The position numbers were made by a program, and so were the translations under genes. A stretch of 24,650 bases of DNA from an uncultured Bacteroidales bacterium (lineage in GTDB: Bacteria; Bacteroidota; Bacteroidia; Bacteroidales; Paludibacteraceae). The notes beneath the pieces were generated by a model. The model saw nothing but the letters and a program-made list of their open reading frames with translations. It did not search any database and was not told where the DNA came from. Positions 1 through 6,197 of this stretch are shown here, piece after piece. The stretch lies in assembly GCA_945949375.1 (NCBI GenBank), contig CAMFEN010000001.1, positions 1 to 24,650 on the forward strand, in the 5' to 3' direction. The number at the start of each line of letters is the position of its first letter. Position 1 is the stretch's first letter.

Positions 1-480
1 TACAAAAATTTTCAAATAAAAAGTTTTTTTAGATAGCAGCATCTCTACATCTTTGCGGCACATGTTCTCCGGCATTAAGCACAACGCCTGCTCCGCATAG
101 CGAACGGGCTCACCATCGTACTGCTCCACCTCGGTCATGTACATACAGAGATTATAAACGAAGGAATTGGGAATGTGCAGCGCCATTTGTTCAAGAATAG
201 CCTGCTTACGCGCCGTGCGCCCATAGGAGCCGGTCAACATATCCACATATCGCGCCGCCTCAAACGCCTGCTGCCACGCATGCTCATCATTGGTGGAAAG
301 GGCGGCTTGCTGCTGCCACAAGCGTTGTTGCGTCTCATACCACGCCACATCATGTTCATCCACGATGATACCGCGTATCTCCTGCGGTTTCTGTTTCTCT
401 TGCTCGTTGAATGCCCATACTGAGCCTATGCAGCCGACTGCTAACAGCACGACGGCGATACTAAACATTTTCTTTTTCAT
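1..480 (-). CDS. Secreted hypothetical protein (partial; runs off the window start, so absent from the ORF track)
   Basis: Manual translation from the ATG at 480 gives MKKKMFSIAVVLLAVGCIGSVWAFNEQEKQKPQEIRGIIVDEHDVAWYETQQRLWQQQ... and stays open for 160 codons to position 1. The N-terminus is a typical Sec signal peptide (basic, hydrophobic, A-x-A-like cleavage region). No recognisable domain. Confidence 0.8.
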   Translation of the reverse strand, partial: MKKKMFSIAVVLLAVGCIGSVWAFNEQEKQKPQEIRGIIVDEHDVAWYETQQRLWQQQAALSTNDEHAWQQAFEAARYVDMLTGSYGRTARKQAILEQMALHIPNSFVYNLCMYMTEVEQYDGEPVRYAEQALCLMPENMCRKDVEMLLSKKTFYLKIFV

Positions 481-589
481 ACTTCAATGTATTGATTGGG
501 TAATTTACTGTTGTGAGTGCGCTCTCATTACCGCATACACCGAAGCGCGACAATCGTTCAGCAGGCAGGGCAGATTTTTCCGATGGCTA

Positions 590-841
590 TTATTGTTTCT
601 TGGTTTGGGTTTCCATGTACTTTGCAGCAAAAGAGCATACGGGGCGGATAGTGAGGTGCTGCTGCTCGGCATATGCCAACGCCGCCTCCATCAAGAGGGA
701 GCCTATGCCTCGCCCGCTTTGGTAAGCATAAGTATGGAGAATGACCATCTCCGTATCCGTCTGCTCAAACTCCAGTTTGCCGACCAGCGTGTCCGCCTCC
801 CAAGCGAGCACTTGGCTATTCTCTACATACGTTGTAATCAT
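590..841 (-). CDS. Small GNAT-family N-acetyltransferase-like protein (YjdJ/Acetyltransf_CG type)
   Basis: 83 aa with HTY...GRGIGSLL (acetyl-CoA binding motif A) and the C-terminal I-x-P-x-C-S-F motif typical of this subfamily. It has its own promoter just upstream. Confidence 0.85.
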   Translation of the reverse strand: MITTYVENSQVLAWEADTLVGKLEFEQTDTEMVILHTYAYQSGRGIGSLLMEAALAYAEQQHLTIRPVCSFAAKYMETQTKKQ

Positions 842-870
842 AATCGGTTTCGGTTTTTAGATTTGCGCCG

Positions 871-902
871 TAAAGGTACTGCTTTTTCGCGAAATGAGCA
901 AA
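871..902 (-). promoter_or_regulatory. Bacteroidetes sigma-A-type promoter for the GNAT gene
   Basis: Minus strand reads TTTG-N20-TACCTTTA (one mismatch to TAnnTTTG), 30 nt upstream of the ATG at 841. Confidence 0.65.
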
Positions 903-914
903 TTTATTTGCCCT

Positions 915-956
915 AAAAAACACAGCAAGCACATTTTGTGGATGTACCTGCTGTGT
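915..956 (-). terminator. Rho-independent terminator of the TonB-dependent receptor
   Basis: Minus-strand RNA ACACAGCAGGUACAU-CCACAAA-AUGUGCUUGCUGUGU forms a 15-bp stem (two G-U pairs) followed by a U-tract. It lies 36 nt after the stop codon. Confidence 0.9.
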
Positions 957-991
957 GTGAACTATCATGTGGCTCGGTCGACAATGCGAGA

Positions 992-3292
992 TTAAATCTT
1001 CAAGTTTACGCCGAAGAAGTACGAGCGGGGGATGGCGGGACCATAGATATACGACGCATCGCGGTCCATACCTTGATCGATGTCGCGCTGGAAATGGTCG
1101 AGCAGGTTCTTCACGCCGAGCGCAATCTCTAAGGTGTAAGGCGTGTGGCTCGTCTTGTTGGAATAGAGGTGTATCTCATACGACACTTTCGCGTCCCACT
1201 CGAAGAAAATCGGGCTTAGCGTCTCGCAATCCGCCTCCACATAGCCCGCGTAGTGCTGCAGCAACATCCGCCCCGTAACCTTCCCGTTGGTGGTCAGTTT
1301 CAGCCCGTGCACAGGCTCAATGTTCGCAAGGAAATAACCGTAGTGGTCGGGTGTGCGGAACATGCGCGTCTGCGGTGCCAAGTCCTCCGACCATTGGAAG
1401 GGTTCGATGTAGCGGCTGTAGTTGTAGGTGTAGCCTGCCTGCAGCGAGAAGAGGTGCCCATACGCCACTTTCCCCTCCACGTTTAGTCCCGCCACGCGTG
1501 CACCGCTTGCGTTCGTCCGCGTCAGCAGCAGGTTACCCTGCGCATCATGCCCGTTCTCCACCAGCGCAAACACATTATCCAACTGCGTGAAGAAACCCTC
1601 CACGGTCATGTTGCAGTCCCACTTGCCGAAGCGTTCATACCAATCCACGCTCGCACTCACGGAGTTAGAATACTCCGGTCGCAGTCCCTCGGCAAGGCTG
1701 ATGAGCGACACCTCGCCGCCCACTGCCCCCACATGCAAGTCCTCCTCGTAGGCTTGCGGCGCGCGATAACCGCTGGCATAACTTAGGCGCATTATCACCT
1801 GTTCGATAGGTGTATACCGCAGGTTTGCCCGCGGCGAGAAGACGGGTTTCGAGAGCAGGTTATGCTTCTCCAACCGCCCGCCGATAAGCACCGACCATAG
1901 TTTATTCTTCCATTCGTTCTGCACATAGCCGCCATAGAGGTGCACCTGCTGCTCTATGTTGCGGTCGTAGCCGAGGATACGGTCGTGCAGGTCGTTGAAC
2001 GAGTACTCCACCCCCGCGCTCAAGTCGGCATTCATCCGCCCGCAGGGATACGAGAAACGGTACTGCGCACCCGTAACGGAGGTGATATCGCGCGAGTTGC
2101 CGTAGGCATTGGGGTTGTAGTTCGTGCCGAAATAACTATCGCGGTTGATATGCTGAAACGAGGAATAGACGCTTACAAAGTGCTTATTATCAGGCGTGTA
2201 GTAATCCCATTTCAGCGTCGCGGCATCGATGTTATGCTTCAGTTGCTCGGTCAGCGGCGACTCATGCGGTTGCAGGCTGTCGATGCCATAGCCGCCGCGG
2301 CGTTGCTCGGTCGTGTGGTGGTATTCGGCAGTCAGTTTGGAATAGTCGGTCGTCTTGAAGAATGAGCGGAAGCCCAGCGTGGTAGTACCTAAAAGTGGGT
2401 ATTCGGAGTAGCCGTCTTGGTCGCGGTCGTAAGGTTGACGGTTGCGTTGCACGCCAAAGAGGTAGATACCGGCTTTCTGGTTCTCGCTCACCACGCTGGC
2501 GTTCATGTTCGTACTGATGTCGTAGGTGCCAAGCTCCGTGAAGGAGGTGGTGTTCGATACATTGAAGAAGTTGCGCACGGGCTCTTTCGTGATGATATTC
2601 ACCACGCCCGCTATCGCATTCGCGCCAAACAGCGCACTGCCGCCGCCGCGGATAACCTCTATCCTGTCCACCATGCCCGCCGGCACCTGCTCCAGCCCAT
2701 AGACCGACGCAAGCGACGAGAAGATAGGACGCGAGTCCAGCAGTATCTGCGTGTATTGCCCTTCTAACCCGTTGATTCTCAGTTGTGGGACACCGCAGTT
2801 AGAGCACGACATCTCCACGCGCAAGCCCGTCTGAAAACCTAATACATCCGCCATTGATGAAGCCGAAGTGCCTTCGATAATCAGCGGCGAGACCACATTC
2901 ACAATCGTCGCCACCTCTTTCTGCTTCGTCTCATACTTATTGGCGGTAACTACCACATTATCAAGCACAAACGACTGCTCTTCTATCTGCACTTTCAGTT
3001 CCAACGTAAGGTTTGCTTTTATGATTACCTCCTGCTCCAGCGTCTCATAGCCCATCATCGAGAACACCACCGTCTGCTTACCCTCGGGCAGGTTTTTGAG
3101 AAAGTAATGCCCCGACTCATCGGTCAAACAACCGATAGTCGTCCCCTTAATCTGCACATTCACAAACGGCAAATGCTCGCCCGTATGCGCGTCCAGCACA
3201 TGCCCTGTCAAATGCGCATCTGTAGCAGACAAGAAAGACCAAAAACAACTCGCCATCACCGCGAGCACAAAACAACACAATCTTTTCTTCAT
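992..3292 (-). CDS. TonB-dependent outer-membrane receptor (CarboxypepD_reg-like N-domain, plug and beta-barrel); substrate unknown, possibly metal-related
   Basis: 766 aa with a signal peptide, N-terminal G-x-V-x-D...GE-x-LPFVNV domain, plug motif RIEVIRGGGSALFGANAIAGVVNIITK and a C-terminal beta-signal (RSYFFGVNLKI). Confidence 0.95.
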   Translation of the reverse strand: MKKRLCCFVLAVMASCFWSFLSATDAHLTGHVLDAHTGEHLPFVNVQIKGTTIGCLTDESGHYFLKNLPEGKQTVVFSMMGYETLEQEVIIKANLTLELKVQIEEQSFVLDNVVVTANKYETKQKEVATIVNVVSPLIIEGTSASSMADVLGFQTGLRVEMSCSNCGVPQLRINGLEGQYTQILLDSRPIFSSLASVYGLEQVPAGMVDRIEVIRGGGSALFGANAIAGVVNIITKEPVRNFFNVSNTTSFTELGTYDISTNMNASVVSENQKAGIYLFGVQRNRQPYDRDQDGYSEYPLLGTTTLGFRSFFKTTDYSKLTAEYHHTTEQRRGGYGIDSLQPHESPLTEQLKHNIDAATLKWDYYTPDNKHFVSVYSSFQHINRDSYFGTNYNPNAYGNSRDITSVTGAQYRFSYPCGRMNADLSAGVEYSFNDLHDRILGYDRNIEQQVHLYGGYVQNEWKNKLWSVLIGGRLEKHNLLSKPVFSPRANLRYTPIEQVIMRLSYASGYRAPQAYEEDLHVGAVGGEVSLISLAEGLRPEYSNSVSASVDWYERFGKWDCNMTVEGFFTQLDNVFALVENGHDAQGNLLLTRTNASGARVAGLNVEGKVAYGHLFSLQAGYTYNYSRYIEPFQWSEDLAPQTRMFRTPDHYGYFLANIEPVHGLKLTTNGKVTGRMLLQHYAGYVEADCETLSPIFFEWDAKVSYEIHLYSNKTSHTPYTLEIALGVKNLLDHFQRDIDQGMDRDASYIYGPAIPRSYFFGVNLKI

Positions 3293-3311
3293 ATCAAGTA
3301 CCTTTTTATTT

Positions 3312-3353
3312 AGTTTAGAGTTGACAGTTTAGAGTTGACAGTTTAGAGTTGAT
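3312..3353. repeat. Tandem 14-mer (2x7) repeat in the TBDR 5' UTR
   Basis: AGTTTAGAGTTGAC x2 plus AGTTTAGAGTTGAT. On the sense (minus) strand this reads as alternating heptamers TCAACTC/TAAACTG ending about 20 nt before the ATG. Confidence 0.9.
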
Positions 3354-3392
3354 AATTGTAAAATTGTCAAATATAGATGTTCTTTGGGGCTG

Positions 3393-3424
3393 CAAAGGTA
3401 CTGCTTTCCCACCAAAGCCACAAT
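3393..3424 (-). promoter_or_regulatory. Sigma-A-type promoter of the TBDR
   Basis: Minus strand ATTG-N20-TACCTTTG(CA): perfect -7 box, near-consensus -33 box, about 100 nt upstream of the ATG. Confidence 0.8.
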
Positions 3425-3511
3425 ACCTAAAAATAGGGGATTTTTCACTATGTCCGCGACCGCCACCCCCATATATAAACACTATCTCCACCGAGACCAA
3501 CAGCCGTCAAT

Positions 3512-3621
3512 CTCGAAAACGACTCGAAAACGAGACGAAAACGAGACGAAGAAAAGAGCAGAGTCAAAGCTGAGTCGAAGCAGAGTCGAAGCAGAGAAAG
3601 ACCAGAGAAAAACCAGAGAAC
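3512..3621. repeat. Degenerate 11-bp tandem array (10 units)
   Basis: CTCGAAAACGA CTCGAAAACGA GACGAAAACGA GACGAAGAAAA GAGCAGAGTCA AAGCTGAGTCG AAGCAGAGTCG AAGCAGAGAAA GACCAGAGAAA AACCAGAGAAC, an unbroken 11-bp phase. Confidence 0.85.
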
Positions 3622-3688
3622 CCACCGGTTATGCAATCATCCCCGCCTGCTGAAGATACTGCGGTAATATATAACCCTCCAAGCATAC

Positions 3689-3718
3689 AAAAAGGGCTGC
3701 CACCCAAAGTAGCAGCCC
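3689..3718 (-). terminator. Rho-independent terminator of the Ig-like lipoprotein gene
   Basis: Minus-strand GGGCUGCUAC-UUUGG-GUGGCAGCCC-UUUUU: 10-bp stem with one G-U pair, 5-nt loop and U-tract, about 20 nt after the stop. Confidence 0.9.
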
Positions 3719-3739
3719 CATTATACACATAACTTTCTT

Positions 3740-4495
3740 TTAGAGAAGCATTGCGGCTATCTCATCTATTTCTGATGACTTATTCACATTGAATTGCGGC
3801 ATCTTCTTTGCGGGGCTATTACTACTATTATTCCAAGGAATATAGGTAACAAGGAAGTACGACCCCGATGAACTTGAAGCAACTTGGAAACCTACACCAA
3901 GAGTCGCTTCATCTAATGACATTGCATTAATAAGCACAAACACGCCATCTTTTTCTGAAATAGCCTGATAACGTTCTACAAGGAATCTACCAACATCAGA
4001 GTTTTTGGTATTCAACATTACCCCACAACTCGTAAGTTGGTTATTCTTAAAAGTATACATTTCTATGATACCCTTATTCATGTCTTGATAATATGCCAAC
4101 ACACCAGAAGATAGGGTTTGGTCTGGCGTTCCTTTTATGTTCTTCAATTCAGAAGGAGAAATGCCCCATTGCATAATGGGTTCTACATAGGTATAGTACT
4201 GTGGAGTAACCTCTACTTGACAAATAGCTGTTTTCCCATTGACATTGGCAGAAACGAATGTTTCACCCACATGATTACCAGTGATGGTTCCGTTACTAAC
4301 GGATGCAACAAATTCATTGCCGCTTTCCCACATAGCAGTACCATTTTCTCCTACCACATACACATACTTCGACTCTTCGTAATGTAAATTTACAGACGAA
4401 TTAGACAACACAAGTTCTTTCGAACTTTCATCACAACTTGTACATAGTAGAGCACATGCCATGATGGACATTGAAATAGAAAATAACTTTTTCAT
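3740..4495 (-). CDS. Lipoprotein with an N-terminal bacterial Ig-like (Big_2-type) domain and an unknown C-terminal domain
   Basis: The likely start is the ATG at 4495 (MKKLFSISMSIMACALLCTSCDE; lipobox-like LCTS-C), giving 251 aa. The segment W-x-S-x-N-x-x-VASV-x-NG-x-ITG-x-x-VGET-x-V-x-A matches the Big_2 pattern. The ORF-track extension to 4636 is leader sequence. Confidence 0.8.
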   Translation of the reverse strand: MKKLFSISMSIMACALLCTSCDESSKELVLSNSSVNLHYEESKYVYVVGENGTAMWESGNEFVASVSNGTITGNHVGETFVSANVNGKTAICQVEVTPQYYTYVEPIMQWGISPSELKNIKGTPDQTLSSGVLAYYQDMNKGIIEMYTFKNNQLTSCGVMLNTKNSDVGRFLVERYQAISEKDGVFVLINAMSLDEATLGVGFQVASSSSGSYFLVTYIPWNNSSNSPAKKMPQFNVNKSSEIDEIAAMLL

Positions 4496-4870
4496 AAAAG
4501 TTTGTTTTTGGGAATTGCAAGCACCAGACAACTCGGTGAATAGAAATAAAAAAGCGTGGTGCTTCCTTCTTTGCTTATTCTCTCCATTGAGGCTCTGCAA
4601 AACCCTTCTACAAAAATAAACAATCCAAACGCCCACGCCGAATATGATAATCTTCGTCGTGGACGAAAGGACTAATCATATCCTGCAGGCGTTCATTGCC
4701 ATTCTTGTTTTGGGTAGTGAAAATTGCAGATTCCAATGGACCAAAACAAGCGCCAATAAACGCTTTTATCAAAATATATACTGAAACTTCAATGCTCGGC
4801 GGGAGCGACTTCTGCTGGGTTATAAAAGATTCGGCGTGAGCCCCACCCGCAACCCCATCTTCGGTTTCGG
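4496..4870 (-). promoter_or_regulatory. Long (~370 nt) structured 5' leader of the lipoprotein gene
   Basis: Lies between the promoter at 4874-4905 and the ATG at 4495. Contains hairpin CGUCCACG/CGUGGGCG (4665-4658 with 4637-4630), an inner CGAA/UUCG pairing, and a perfect 8-bp inverted repeat AAGCACCA/TGGTGCTT (4519-4526 with 4557-4564). Confidence 0.6.
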
Positions 4871-4873
4871 CGG

Positions 4874-4905
4874 CAAAATTACTACATTTTTTTGAATTAT
4901 GCAAA
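4874..4905 (-). promoter_or_regulatory. Sigma-A-type promoter (perfect consensus) for the lipoprotein gene
   Basis: Minus strand TTTG-CATAATTCAAAAAAATGTAG(20 nt)-TAATTTTG. Confidence 0.85.
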
Positions 4906-5040
4906 CACCACCCCCTTTTTAGCCCTCTTTTTCTTAACGAAGGCTAAAAAAACACACCAACTTTCGTCCCAAAATTTCGGGGAAACCACGAAATTCGGCA
5001 TAAAAATTTCGGAGTCAGCATGATTTTTCGACAAAAAAAA

Positions 5041-5072
5041 TTTGCGGAATACAAATATCTTTTGTACCTTTG
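5041..5072 (+). promoter_or_regulatory. Sigma-A-type promoter (perfect consensus) upstream of the candidate ncRNA
   Basis: TTTG(5041-5044)-N20-TACCTTTG(5065-5072). Confidence 0.85.
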
Positions 5073-5086
5073 CCCCCGAATTTCAA

Positions 5087-5170
5087 GGGGAACGTGGGCT
5101 ATATCTACTATAAATCATACTGCACAGATGCCGACAGATGCAGGCAGCAAATGAGTGCCCAAACATCCCC
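5087..5170 (+). ncRNA. Candidate small structured RNA; best guess is a divergent SRP (4.5S/ffs)-like RNA
   Basis: Non-coding stretch between two tandem promoters that folds as a rod: GGGGA/UCCCC, UGGGC/GCCCA, UCAU/AUGA, UGC/GCA, internal loop (A)CAGA x GGCA, UGC/GCA and an 8-nt apical loop. The order resembles SRP domain IV (CAGG/AGCA symmetric loop), but there is no GNRA tetraloop. Confidence 0.5.
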
Positions 5171-5219
5171 GCCTACTTAACCAAATTTGAAAATTGCCTA
5201 ATAATTAGTGCTCAAATTA

Positions 5220-5251
5220 TTTGTATATCTCAAAAAAAAGTAGTATCTTTG
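5220..5251 (+). promoter_or_regulatory. Sigma-A-type promoter (perfect consensus) for mlaE
   Basis: TTTG(5220-5223)-N20-TATCTTTG(5244-5251), 40 nt before the ATG at 5291. Confidence 0.85.
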
Positions 5252-5290
5252 CAAGCGAATTGAGAACTAAAACAAAATACGCAACGAAAT

Positions 5291-6034
5291 ATGCTATTAA
5301 AAACATTTCAACATATAGGAGAATACTTCCTGCTGCTGGGGAAAGTGTTGCGATTGCCGGATAGACAACGCATGTTTTGGCGGCAGTACTCGCGGGAGCT
5401 GGAGAAGCAGGGCTTGCAGTCGCTGCCGATAGTGATTATTATCTCTGTCTTTATAGGTGCTATCCTGACCATTCAGGCGAAGACGAACACGGAGAATCCT
5501 TTTCTGCCAACGTATATCACGGGTCTGCTGACGCGAGAGACGATGTTGCTGGAGTTCTCTTCTACTATTCTATGCTTGATATTAGCGGGAAAAGTGGGCT
5601 CGAACATTGCGTCGGAGATAGGCACAATGCGTATCACGGAGCAGATTGACGCATTAGAAATTATGGGCGTGAACTCGGCGAACTACCTGATACTGCCAAA
5701 GATAACCGCCTTTATGACGATGATGCCGTTCCTCGTGATTATCTCGTCAACGATGGGACTCATCGGCGGCTGGGCGATTGGCGCGTTTACGGATATCATT
5801 ACGGTGCAAGATTATGTAGTGGGTATTCAGTATGCGTTCAACTCATGGTTCGTGTGGTATGGCATCATCAAAGCGTTGGTGTTCGCCTTCCTGATTACCT
5901 CGATGGCATCGTACTATGGATATTACGTGCGCGGCGGGGCACTGGATGTGGGGCGCGCAAGTACGAATGCCGTGGTGAACTCGAGTATTGTGATACTCTT
6001 TGCCGACTTGCTTTTAACGAAGTTACTGCTGTAA
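5291..6034 (+). CDS. mlaE: MlaE-family ABC transporter permease (lipid asymmetry maintenance)
   Basis: 247 aa with the motif GKVGSNIASEIGTMRITEQIDALEIMGVN and C-terminal GGALDVGRASTNAVV. Confidence 0.93.
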   Translation: MLLKTFQHIGEYFLLLGKVLRLPDRQRMFWRQYSRELEKQGLQSLPIVIIISVFIGAILTIQAKTNTENPFLPTYITGLLTRETMLLEFSSTILCLILAGKVGSNIASEIGTMRITEQIDALEIMGVNSANYLILPKITAFMTMMPFLVIISSTMGLIGGWAIGAFTDIITVQDYVVGIQYAFNSWFVWYGIIKALVFAFLITSMASYYGYYVRGGALDVGRASTNAVVNSSIVILFADLLLTKLLL

Positions 6035-6054
6035 GCATGCAAGACCGCTTCGCT

Positions 6055-6187
6055 AAAAGATAAAAGATAAAGGATGAAGGATGAAAGACTTATTACCTTC
6101 GTCTATGAGTTTCAGAGTTGATTCTATTTAGTCTTTCATCCTGTGTCCTTCATCCTTCATCCAAATAGTGTCCTTTATCCTTAATCC
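6055..6187. repeat. Inverted heptamer-repeat cassette in the mlaE-mlaF spacer
   Basis: Left arm AAAAGAT AAAAGAT AAAGGAT GAAGGAT GAAAGAC; right arm TTCATCC TGTGTCC TTCATCC TTCATCC...TTTATCC TTAATCC. Perfect 12-bp inverted repeat GGATGAAAGACT (6079-6090) / AGTCTTTCATCC (6130-6141). Confidence 0.9.
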
Positions 6188-6197
6188 CAAAAAGACA

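Noticed and set aside
554-562. TCGTTCAGC shared with 7145-7153
   Set aside because: A single 9-nt match in 24 kb is within chance, and the flanks do not align.
290-916. 208-aa plus-strand ORF, and other long shadow ORFs such as 6128-6904(-), 6348-6896(-), 9112-9762(-) and 10348-10857(-)
   Set aside because: They lie antisense to well-supported genes, have no motifs or signal peptides, and are expected in GC-rich coding DNA.
3512-3621. Possible CRISPR array
   Set aside because: Units are 11 bp, contiguous and drifting, with no unique spacers and no cas genes.
3349-3653. Short ORFs across the 11-bp array (3349-3573, 3384-3653, 3448-3636)
   Set aside because: Low-complexity products of the purine-skewed repeat; they span the TBDR promoter and show no protein-like features.
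4608-4904. 98-aa minus-strand ORF (MHNSKKCSNFAAE...) as a leader peptide
   Set aside because: Its TTG start is the -33 box of the promoter itself, so the first codons are not transcribed; it is a translation across the promoter.
5232-5239. A8 tract in the mlaE promoter spacer (and A8 at 5033-5040) as a phase-variation switch
   Set aside because: A-rich spacers are typical of these promoters (also seen at 4874-4905), and 8 nt is short for a contingency locus.
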